DNA from: a virus
Lineage: Duplodnaviria > Caudoviricetes
IMG/VR virus record: IMGVR_UViG_3300021958_000049
Span: 12,669 to 76,668 of that record
Reading direction: 5' to 3' (one strand)
DNA: 64,000 nt
A model generated the notes under the pieces. The model had not been told where the DNA came from, searched no databases, and saw only the letters and a list, made by a program, of their open reading frames with translations. The translations under genes and the position numbers were made by a program. The stretch's first letter is position 1. Each line of letters opens with the position of its first letter. Shown here piece after piece: positions 56,363 to 64,000 of the stretch.

Positions 56363-58174
56363 ATGAGTGAATTTAAAGTAAAGCAATTCGAAGATCCTAA
56401 AGATAACGATTCTAATAGAATTGTTTGGACTGAGGAGAAGGTAAAAAAGGCTATTGAATCAATTGAGATGGGATATCAAGTCCCACATGCACCATTTTAC
56501 GAAGGTGACATAGCATACAGAAAAGGTAATACGGTATATGACTATTCTAAAGAGGAGGTCGACGAAATTAAAAGATGTGCAAAGGATATTGTTTATTTTG
56601 CAAACACTTATTGCCATGCAATGACTGATGAAGGTGTTAGGAAAATTAAATTACGAGATTATCAAGCAGAGATGCTTAAACAATATCAAGATAACCGATG
56701 GAATATTACGTTAGCATCTAGACAAATTGGTAAAACAATATGTTCAGGTATTTTTATTGCATGGTATTCATTATTTAACTTTGATAAAAATGCAATGATT
56801 ATGGCAAACAAAGGGGCTACTACCAAAGAGATCCTTATGAAAGCCAAGCATATTTATGAGAACTTACCATTCTTTTTAAAACCAGGCATTATGAAAAAGG
56901 ATGTTATGGAGATGAGGTTTGATAATGGATGTCGAGTTATTGGACAGAATACTACAAAAACTGGTGGTATATCATTTACGATACATTTATTATACTTGGA
57001 TGAGTTTGCTCATATTATGCCAAGTATTATTAATCCATTCTATGAAAACGTTTATCCAACCCTATCATCATCTAAGATATCAAGAGTTATCATAACTTCT
57101 ACGCCTAATGGATATAATAAGTTTCATGACATATATCAAAATGCAGTTGAAGGAAATAACGAATATGCTCCGTTTAGGGTTGATTGGTGGCAAGTTCCCG
57201 GAAGAGACGAGGAATGGCAAAAACAAGAAATTGCTAATTTAGGAAGTATTGAAGCATTCAATCAACAATATAATAATCAATTCCTCTCAGCGTCTTCATT
57301 ATTACTTTCTTCGGTTGAAATGAAAAAAGTAAAAAATTACGAAAAGGAATTTGTATTTAGAGAATTAGATGCATTGGACGATTTAGGTGTAGATTATTCT
57401 TCTTTAAGATGGGATCCTGATATCGATGTAGATAGATTAGACGGAAAACAAGATTTTTATTTATTTTCTATCGATTTAGCAGAGGGTGTAGGGAAGGATT
57501 ATACAGTTATTAATATATTTCAAATTAAACCAACCGACATTAAACATCATAGAGACTTAGTATCTCCAAGTGATATTACCGACTTTTTTAAATTAGAACA
57601 AATAGGATTATTTAGATCTAACATACATTCATTAAAAGACTTTAGTATGATTCTTTATGAATTGTGTGTTAGTATATTTGATCAGGAAAATTTACGTCTA
57701 ATAATAGAATATAACGCATTTGGTCAAGAGGTTATTAATAACCTTATATCACTTTATCCTACACGAAATGATTTTGATGAAGAAACTATAGTTAGATATT
57801 CACATAGAGTTGGATCGAAAATTAAAAAACCGGGTATTAAAATTAATAAAGACAATAAAAGAATATTAACTACAAAGGTAAAAAATTATATAAGATCGAG
57901 TCGAATGGTAATTAAAGAAAATAACACTGTTAGTGAAGCTTCTATGTTTTCTAGAAATGAGAATGGTACATATTCTGCACAAACCGGTAACGATGATTGT
58001 ATGATGACCGTTGTTAATGCATGTAGTTTTTTTGATACTGTAGATTACTCCGAAACGATAGAAGAGCTTTTCGATTACATAGATGAAATATATAAAACTA
58101 AGATCGAGGAAACTCTCGAAATAAGCGGAAATTTATCTGGCGATTCATTTAATATTTATGATATTGTCCAGTAA
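56363..58174 (+). CDS. gp17: terminase large subunit
   Basis: LRDYQ, SRQIGKT, YLDEFAH, ITSTPNG, IDLAEGVGKDY, NDDCMM. Confidence 0.95.
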   Translation: MSEFKVKQFEDPKDNDSNRIVWTEEKVKKAIESIEMGYQVPHAPFYEGDIAYRKGNTVYDYSKEEVDEIKRCAKDIVYFANTYCHAMTDEGVRKIKLRDYQAEMLKQYQDNRWNITLASRQIGKTICSGIFIAWYSLFNFDKNAMIMANKGATTKEILMKAKHIYENLPFFLKPGIMKKDVMEMRFDNGCRVIGQNTTKTGGISFTIHLLYLDEFAHIMPSIINPFYENVYPTLSSSKISRVIITSTPNGYNKFHDIYQNAVEGNNEYAPFRVDWWQVPGRDEEWQKQEIANLGSIEAFNQQYNNQFLSASSLLLSSVEMKKVKNYEKEFVFRELDALDDLGVDYSSLRWDPDIDVDRLDGKQDFYLFSIDLAEGVGKDYTVINIFQIKPTDIKHHRDLVSPSDITDFFKLEQIGLFRSNIHSLKDFSMILYELCVSIFDQENLRLIIEYNAFGQEVINNLISLYPTRNDFDEETIVRYSHRVGSKIKKPGIKINKDNKRILTTKVKNYIRSSRMVIKENNTVSEASMFSRNENGTYSAQTGNDDCMMTVVNACSFFDTVDYSETIEELFDYIDEIYKTKIEETLEISGNLSGDSFNIYDIVQ

Positions 58175-58226
58175 TTAAATTAGATGCTAAAGGATATATA
58201 ACTAAATAAAAAAAAATTTTAGACAA

Positions 58227-61200
58227 ATGGCTTTACCAGCGAATATTCAACAATTCAAGTCAAGCGGTGTTTACAGACTAGAATTTGATAAAAGTCAACT
58301 TATCAACATTCCAGCAGAAACAATCCGTTTGGTAATTGGATACTCCAACAAGGGACCTTTCAACACACCGGTATTTGTACCGGACGTACCTTTCTTTAAA
58401 GAGGTATTTGGTGACATTGATGCAGGACTTGAGTTAAAAGGATCTTATTTTCATAGATCATGTTTAACTGCCTTGGATAGAGGACCAATTTTAGCACTAA
58501 ACTTATTATCTTTACCTGACAGTGTAACTGCAGAGTTCAGAGCGTTAAGTGCACAATCAAATTTAGGTAACCACACCGATGGATTTGCACCAGTTGCAGA
58601 TTTCTTCAATCAGGATAAATTCTGGTTTGTGGATGACGAAGCAGTTATCAAAGCAGTAGATGCAAACGATAGCACAGTTAATGCAGCATCATCTCCAAAC
58701 GGATCAACTATCCTAAACTTTGCGAACAGTGGTAGAAAAAACATTTCAATTTTCGCAATTAAATCTTCTACACCAGGATTCGATGCTACGGCAGAGGAAT
58801 GGTACGGAAGTGGAAAGGTGCCACCATTCTTAGATAAATCTAGTTTAATCTCAGATTTCTTATTAAGAGTTGTAGTACTTGAAGGAGACTTTAGCAATTA
58901 TCAAGCTCTTTCTGTAGATCCTATATATGGTGATTATTTTACACCTAAAGGATTAAAAGCGATTTACACCGATTCATTCGGCAATCAAGCAAATGGTATT
59001 GATAAATTACTTCAATTACCGGAAGTTACTGCTTTAGCTGAATACATTGGATCTGTAATTCCTGAATTCCAAGATAAAGACGGAACAAACCTATTTATAG
59101 AAGACATTATTAATAATGAAACTACTAAAACAGGTCTTGTTTGTGCAATGAACAAAGATTGGTTCTATGACAATCCAAGTGTAATTACTGATGCAATGGT
59201 TGATGGATTACAAATCGATCTTATCGGACACGGATTAGAAGAAAATGAAAATGGAATTTCCGTTCTTAATTTCTTATCTTACTTCGGAACTTTAAATGAG
59301 TTACAACCATATACTCAATTAGATTTCAATCATGGTGCAGGTCCTGCTCTCCAATCAACTTATGTATTTGATGGTCTTGGAGTCGGAGCTACTGCAAATC
59401 AATTTATTTTGAACGCATCTGCTGATTATGCTACTGCAATTGGAGCTAGTACTGCTTATAACCAAATGGAAGTATATGGACCTTATCACCCATTCGTTGT
59501 TGGTGGTACGGTTTCATCTAAATTTGCTACAACAACTTCAGGACAAGAAGAATTCGAAGCTTTTGCTAATTCAATTATAGCAGAAGAATCATTCGTTAGT
59601 GCTGGTGTTACCGGTGCAAGTTCGGCAGGTTATACAGGCCCTCAATATACTTTAGCAAAAGTAACAGATAGATCTTTAGGTACCATAGGTACATATAAAG
59701 ATTTACTAACCATTCAAATTTCTTCTACGGATGAAGCTGGTGATGTACCTGGATTCGACTCCGGAACTACTACCGCTCAAGGTACCGTATTTACTTTAGG
59801 ATGGAAAGCTGGAAATACTGGACTTGGTTCTGCTACAGGAGCAACTGCTAATATTGAAATCATTCCAAGTATTAATTATACAATTAACCCGGTAGGATCT
59901 TCTCCAGTACATTCAAGAATGTTTGCTGGACCGGGATCTTCATTAGGAAAAGACGTTATTAGTGGAGTTATTACAACCGGTGATAAAATTCAAGGAGCTA
60001 CTTCCGGAACTGTGGTTCTTAATCCAATTAAATCTGAGGTTATTAGTGCTACCGATCTAGATACTTTAGCCGATGTTAAAATTTCAGTTGGTGCTGGATC
60101 TAGATTAACCGATAGTGCAATTCTTTCTCATAAAGTTGCGAACGGAAGAGTAACTGCATTTACTGATGATACATTCTTAACTGAAACTGGAATATTACCT
60201 ACAGATAACGGTTTCGTAGATCAATTTATTGCAATACCTCAAAACGGTGCTACTGGTGCAACTTACAACGAATCAGTATATATTAGTACTCTTGAAGGAA
60301 ACATCAACGAAGTGTATCCAATAGATTCAACTAATGTCGTTGGAGTTAATAAAGTTAAATTAGGAACTGCTGGAACTACTGCCGGAGAATCGTTCATTGG
60401 AGAAATTCAAGTAGGACAATACATGGTTAGAGGATTCGAATCAGTCGCTGGAAGTGGTGATTATGATAATAAATACGATCCAAGAACAGGAACTACTAGA
60501 TTAACTCGAGTTAAATCAGCTACTTACGATAGTGATGTTACATCACCAGATTACGGTTGGTTTATCGTCGAAACATTCGATGCAATATATACTTATCCAG
60601 ATGCATTCACTGGTGAACCAACGGCAGTTGAGAGATATACATCAATCGATGATTTCGTTGACTATTACACAGTAACTGCATTAGACGGATATACTATACC
60701 GGCTACTTCTAAACCAAATAATTCAAATGCTAGAATGAACGAAATTCTGGACGTAATGTACAATACTAATATTGCTGAAACATTGCAAGATAGAGATTCT
60801 ATTACATTCCGTTATATCGTTGATACATTTAATCATGGAATTGAACCATCTTCTAAGGCGAGGCTTTCTAAGATCGCTAAAGGAAGAAAAAATGCATTCG
60901 CAATTCTTAATTCACCTTCTGTTAAGGAGTTTAAGAAATCTACGAATCCATTATTTAAATTCGATTCAACATCAACATTCGACGCAAGATACGTTGGTAG
61001 TGGAGGTAACTTAACACTCAACCCAAGTAACGTATACTCATTACCAGGTATTGCTGATGGAGCTAATTACTGTGGATTCTATACTCCTAACTTAAGGATT
61101 ATCGAAAATGGATCTACAAAATTCGTACCACCAGCTGCAAATATCTCGAACTTGTACATTGACAAATATAACTTAGCGTTACCGTGGTCAATCGTTGCAG

Positions 61201-61700
61201 GACCTCGAAGAGGTGTGGTTTCAGGAGTTGGAGTTGCAGGAGTTGAATATTCATTCGATCGTAAGGATTTGGATAACATCGAACCATTCGGATTAAACGC
61301 AATTGTTAACAAACAAGGATTTGGATTAGTTATTAATGCTAATCAGACGGCTCAACAAAACGTTAAGTCTGCTCTTTCACAAATTCACGTTAGAGAATTG
61401 CTAATCTATATCGAAGATGGAATCGCTGAAATTCTTAAGAATTACAGATGGGAGTTTAACACTCAACAAAATCGTCTAGAGATTAAGACACTATGTGATA
61501 ATTTCTTATCGCAAATCTTAAATGACGGAGGATTATACGACTTCCAAAACGTAATGGATACGTCAAATAACACAAATGAAGTTATAGATAATAACATCGG
61601 TATAATTGATACATACGTAGAACCTGTAAGAGGAATGGGTATCTTAATTAACCGAGTTACTATTCTTAAAACTGGATCAATTAGTGCAGGTAACTTCTAA
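58227..61700 (+). CDS. gp18: contractile tail sheath protein (enlarged)
   Basis: SSGVYRLEFD, GPFNTP, WSIVAGPRRG, IHVRELLIYIE, FEFN-like WEFN, YVEPVRGM. Confidence 0.93.
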   Translation: MALPANIQQFKSSGVYRLEFDKSQLINIPAETIRLVIGYSNKGPFNTPVFVPDVPFFKEVFGDIDAGLELKGSYFHRSCLTALDRGPILALNLLSLPDSVTAEFRALSAQSNLGNHTDGFAPVADFFNQDKFWFVDDEAVIKAVDANDSTVNAASSPNGSTILNFANSGRKNISIFAIKSSTPGFDATAEEWYGSGKVPPFLDKSSLISDFLLRVVVLEGDFSNYQALSVDPIYGDYFTPKGLKAIYTDSFGNQANGIDKLLQLPEVTALAEYIGSVIPEFQDKDGTNLFIEDIINNETTKTGLVCAMNKDWFYDNPSVITDAMVDGLQIDLIGHGLEENENGISVLNFLSYFGTLNELQPYTQLDFNHGAGPALQSTYVFDGLGVGATANQFILNASADYATAIGASTAYNQMEVYGPYHPFVVGGTVSSKFATTTSGQEEFEAFANSIIAEESFVSAGVTGASSAGYTGPQYTLAKVTDRSLGTIGTYKDLLTIQISSTDEAGDVPGFDSGTTTAQGTVFTLGWKAGNTGLGSATGATANIEIIPSINYTINPVGSSPVHSRMFAGPGSSLGKDVISGVITTGDKIQGATSGTVVLNPIKSEVISATDLDTLADVKISVGAGSRLTDSAILSHKVANGRVTAFTDDTFLTETGILPTDNGFVDQFIAIPQNGATGATYNESVYISTLEGNINEVYPIDSTNVVGVNKVKLGTAGTTAGESFIGEIQVGQYMVRGFESVAGSGDYDNKYDPRTGTTRLTRVKSATYDSDVTSPDYGWFIVETFDAIYTYPDAFTGEPTAVERYTSIDDFVDYYTVTALDGYTIPATSKPNNSNARMNEILDVMYNTNIAETLQDRDSITFRYIVDTFNHGIEPSSKARLSKIAKGRKNAFAILNSPSVKEFKKSTNPLFKFDSTSTFDARYVGSGGNLTLNPSNVYSLPGIADGANYCGFYTPNLRIIENGSTKFVPPAANISNLYIDKYNLALPWSIVAGPRRGVVSGVGVAGVEYSFDRKDLDNIEPFGLNAIVNKQGFGLVINANQTAQQNVKSALSQIHVRELLIYIEDGIAEILKNYRWEFNTQQNRLEIKTLCDNFLSQILNDGGLYDFQNVMDTSNNTNEVIDNNIGIIDTYVEPVRGMGILINRVTILKTGSISAGNF

Positions 61701-61713
61701 ATAATAAATTGAG

Positions 61714-61746
61714 AATCTTGAGGTAACGTTTGGTTGCCTCAAGATT
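61714..61746 (+). other. long hairpin between sheath and tube genes (terminator or processing/stability element)
   Basis: AATCTTGAGGTAAC-gtttg-GTTGCCTCAAGATT. Confidence 0.65.
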
Positions 61747-61794
61747 ATCTCATAAGGATTAGATATATAAATAAAAGAAAAAACATAATATAAC

Positions 61795-62352
61795 ATGGCT
61801 GGATTACCACATTTTACAAATAGTAAAGCTGCTACTAAATATTACGAACCATTTTATCAGAACTTATTTGAAGTAAGTATTCTTCCTCCTTCAGGTATTG
61901 CAGGTGGTGAAATTCTGTTAGAACACGTAAGAAAAATTGGTGGACTTAATAACGAAAAAATGGAAGCAGTTGTTGAACAAAAATACAAGTTCGCAACTCG
62001 TTCCTATGCAAAATCTGCACCAGATTCTACAACAGTAGATTTGGCGGTAGGATTTACATTAAACCTTAACGATTCTAATGAATTGTATGTTTACAAGACA
62101 TTAAGAGATTGGAATAGACTTGTATATAACTCTTTAACGGGAGAACAAGGATTGAAAAAGGATTACGTTGGAACTATCGTTGTGTCTAACTACAATAGAG
62201 CTGGCGATATATTCTGGCAAAGAACCTTCTATGGTTGCTTCCCTACAGGATCCGAATTAGCTGCTGCGGCAGAGCTGAATTACGATACAGCAGAACCGGT
62301 TGAGCTAGAAATGACTTGGAGAGCTGATTGGTGGACAGAAGATATGGTATAA
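61795..62352 (+). CDS. gp19: tail tube protein
   Basis: NLFEV, LAVGFTLN, DWNRLVY, KKDYVGTI.V, FYGCFPT, LNYD. Confidence 0.9.
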   Translation: MAGLPHFTNSKAATKYYEPFYQNLFEVSILPPSGIAGGEILLEHVRKIGGLNNEKMEAVVEQKYKFATRSYAKSAPDSTTVDLAVGFTLNLNDSNELYVYKTLRDWNRLVYNSLTGEQGLKKDYVGTIVVSNYNRAGDIFWQRTFYGCFPTGSELAAAAELNYDTAEPVELEMTWRADWWTEDMV

Positions 62353-62398
62353 TTTCAGCTTAATAAATACTTTTTCCCCTTTTACATATCCCGAACTT

Positions 62399-62426
62399 AA
62401 GGTACTCTTTAATTAGAGTACCTTTT
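62399..62426. terminator. bidirectional terminator between convergent gp19 and the 62448 gene
   Basis: AAGGTACTCT-ttaatt-AGAGTACCTT with A/T flanks. Confidence 0.8.
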
Positions 62427-62447
62427 GTTGTATGATGGGATTGGTTA

Positions 62448-62711
62448 TTAAGCTACTGGAATAGTATTAGGAAATTTAATGTAATAACGAGTTTTTAATT
62501 CTCCAGCACTCACAACCATAAGTTCGTTATTAGGTTGTTCAACCACTGCTTGAATATATTGTGGAAATGTATTTTTGATACGATCAATTCGGTATTGTTT
62601 GGTGTGTTTCGAATCTTTTGCAAATACCCTTACATGAGAAAGGATAGATTTTGTAAGTTTAGAAGTTGTTGAAACGTTTACCGGATTGTCTGATTGATTT
62701 AAGTTTGCCAT
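62448..62711 (-). CDS. small early hypothetical protein
   Basis: Only well-supported minus-strand gene; own early cassette and a bidirectional hairpin downstream. Confidence 0.75.
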   Translation of the reverse strand: MANLNQSDNPVNVSTTSKLTKSILSHVRVFAKDSKHTKQYRIDRIKNTFPQYIQAVVEQPNNELMVVSAGELKTRYYIKFPNTIPVA

Positions 62712-62812
62712 AATGATTTTTGTTATATGTTTAAATTTGTTATATGTAAATATAATAAAAATAATTGGTAAAAAAAAATTTTAGGACACTTTTTTTTCAA
62801 AAGTTATTAACA
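62709..62812 (-). promoter_or_regulatory. early-type promoter cassette, copy 3
   Basis: Reverse complement matches copy 2 over ~100 bp. Confidence 0.75.
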
Positions 62813-62927
62813 ATTTTACTTTTATATTAATATACCACCAATATCCATAATTTTTGATTCACTCGTTTGTGCCAGTTGGTGGAACGGCATTTTGGTGAGT
62901 ATTATATATGTTCAAAAAAACACATTA

Positions 62928-62957
62928 TGAAACAAATGCGAGTGTTGAGCATATAAT
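62928..62957 (+). promoter_or_regulatory. middle-type motif for the secreted protein
   Basis: TGAAAC-N16-CATATAAT. Confidence 0.75.
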
Positions 62958-62964
62958 ATTAGTA

Positions 62965-63414
62965 ATGAGAAAATTACTTCTTTTATCCGTTATGACTATC
63001 GGAATGATAGCGAGCGGTACCGCACAAATGGCCATCCCGGGAGCCATATTCACATCGAATCAAGCCCGTTTCAACGGACGTAAAGTTACTATTAAAAACG
63101 TTCAAGTCTTACCAGAAACAACCACTAACAGTAACGTAGCGGTTGCACCAATTAATCCTAATCCGGTATCAATCAACCCAGGTAATATAGGTCCTATTGG
63201 TCAAGTTAGCTTAAATTGTAGAGCACCTCGAGGTTTTAGTACAGTTAACATCCTATTTTTAGAAGAGCCAGATTTTCAAGGATGCTTCTTTGTAGAAGGT
63301 GTTATGTACAAAGAATTAATGCGTTCATTAGGAGGACAAGCTACTGATGCACAAATCACATTCCGTGGTGATAGCCGAATTGGATATCATATTACGATGT
63401 TTAAGCTACAGTAA
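62965..63414 (+). CDS. secreted/periplasmic hypothetical protein (likely start 62965)
   Basis: MRKLLLLSVMTIGMIASGTA|Q signal peptide; middle motif at 62928-62957 lies inside the longer 62908 call. Confidence 0.7.
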   Translation: MRKLLLLSVMTIGMIASGTAQMAIPGAIFTSNQARFNGRKVTIKNVQVLPETTTNSNVAVAPINPNPVSINPGNIGPIGQVSLNCRAPRGFSTVNILFLEEPDFQGCFFVEGVMYKELMRSLGGQATDAQITFRGDSRIGYHITMFKLQ

Positions 63415-63432
63415 TTTTAAGCTACAGTAATT
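63401..63432. repeat. 16-bp perfect tandem duplication over the stop codon
   Basis: ttaagctacagtaatt x2. Confidence 0.85.
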
Positions 63433-63440
63433 TAATGAAT

Positions 63441-63465
63441 AGGGCCGGTTAATTCCGGCCCTTTT
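63441..63465 (+). terminator. intrinsic terminator after the secreted protein gene
   Basis: AGGGCCGG-TTAATT-CCGGCCCT-TTT. Confidence 0.85.
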
Positions 63466-63567
63466 GTGTTAGCATTAATACAAGTCTATCAAAGAAAAAA
63501 AACTATAGGAACGGAGATATATAATCTAATAATACAATATTATGATAATCTAAAAAAATAATTCGCA

Positions 63568-63813
63568 ATGGCAAAGGATAAAAAAATTCAAGTCCTTCTA
63601 AATAGCGATGATGAACAGAAATTAAATAGAATAATAACATCGGCTTCTATGCATGAAGGTAAATTAATAGCAACTTCAACTTATGTCCGAGACTTAATTT
63701 TACATCATATTGCACAATACGAAGGCGAACAAAATTCATTTGTAAATGAACACGTAAAAAGAATCTTAAGAGAATATCAAAGTAAAAACAAATCTAAAAA
63801 TATAATACAATGA
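63568..63813 (+). CDS. ribbon-helix-helix-like DNA-binding protein
   Basis: KKIQVLLN strand, DDEQKLNRII helix, TSTYVRDLILHHI helix. Confidence 0.55.
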   Translation: MAKDKKIQVLLNSDDEQKLNRIITSASMHEGKLIATSTYVRDLILHHIAQYEGEQNSFVNEHVKRILREYQSKNKSKNIIQ

Positions 63814-64000
63814 GTAAAGACGAAAATAATTTTGACGAAATCGCTAAAAACGATTTAGAGAGAAGAGAACAAGAAAGTGGCCTTTTCGAAAAGGAAGCTG
63901 AAGAGCGAGCAAAGGCCGATTCGATTAATGAAGGTGAATTAAAATCTACTACTTTAGGTAAAAGTGCAGATTGGAAAAGTAAAAACGAAGATACTGGTGA
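63810..64000 (+). CDS. partial ORF truncated by the window end
   Basis: MSKDENNFDEIAKNDLERREQE..., ATGA overlap, no stop before 64000. Confidence 0.6.
   Translation, partial: MSKDENNFDEIAKNDLERREQESGLFEKEAEERAKADSINEGELKSTTLGKSADWKSKNEDTG

Larger units (their letters stand above)
4735..63523 (+). promoter_or_regulatory. dispersed late promoter motif RATATATA, 16 copies (4735, 10225, 14553, 16773, 22952, 31884, 32981, 35028, 38155, 39797, 43341, 53124, 53776, 58193, 61762, 63516)
   Basis: Mostly 19-32 bp upstream of start codons of portal, protease, neck, sheath, tube, gp15 and the internal-protein genes; analogous to T4 TATAAATA. Confidence 0.7.

Noticed and set aside
5872-62933. Recurrent (AT)TGAAAC resembling the 3' end of CRISPR repeats
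   Set aside because: Copies are kilobases apart, have no spacer periodicity and are always 16 nt from CATATAA; this fits a promoter, not an array
62908-62964. Longer start for the secreted protein given by the ORF track
   Set aside because: Contains the TGAAAC-N16-CATATAAT motif, and the signal peptide begins at ATG 62965
1-64000. Stop-codon recoding as in some large phages
   Set aside because: All core genes are full length under code 11, and TAA, TAG (e.g. 4733-4735) and TGA (e.g. 5755-5757) all end genes
1-64000. tRNA, rRNA, integrase, transposase, homing endonuclease or reverse transcriptase
   Set aside because: No cloverleaf-like GC-rich segments or catalytic motifs (GIY-YIG, HNH, LAGLIDADG, YADD) were seen; the TnsA-like motif at 37002 is the gp4 head-completion nuclease

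Overview
A 64 kb, strongly AT-rich slice of a large T4-like (myovirus-type) phage genome, almost entirely on the + strand, with no tRNA, rRNA or CRISPR array seen. Replication and recombination core: gp32 SSB, gp61 primase, UvsY, UvsW, UvsX, gp41 helicase, gp46/47, gp44/62/45, RNase H, RuvC, dUTPase, NrdB/NrdA, and a family-B DNA polymerase split into two genes 4.3 kb apart. Morphogenesis core: gp55-like sigma, gp4, gp2, portal, fused protease-scaffold, major capsid, neck gp14, gp15, small and large terminase, sheath, tube. The host is probably Bacteroidota (A-rich leaders without Shine-Dalgarno motifs, signal peptides exposing Gln, a T9SS-like C-terminal tail). Three promoter-like motif classes can be read directly: a ~75-100 bp early cassette (3 copies), a TGAAAC-N16-CATATAA middle motif (11 copies, one antisense with no ORF), and a RATATATA late motif (16 copies). 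The most striking unexplained structure is a large set of mostly late proteins with T4 internal-protein-like leaders (MKxFxEF...(I/L/V)xE|A). Several are polyprotein-like strings of 70-100 aa modules separated by (V/M/I)NEAK sites, and others carry enzymes (RimK-RimB fusion, ligase-fold nucleotidyltransferase, NadM-like domain). This suggests a capsid-packaged, prohead-protease-processed, modular injected cargo system. Other highlights are an uncalled 44-aa ArfA-like peptide, a phage-encoded T9SS-type cargo and an MBD4-like glycosylase. All family calls are by motif recognition only; no searches were run.
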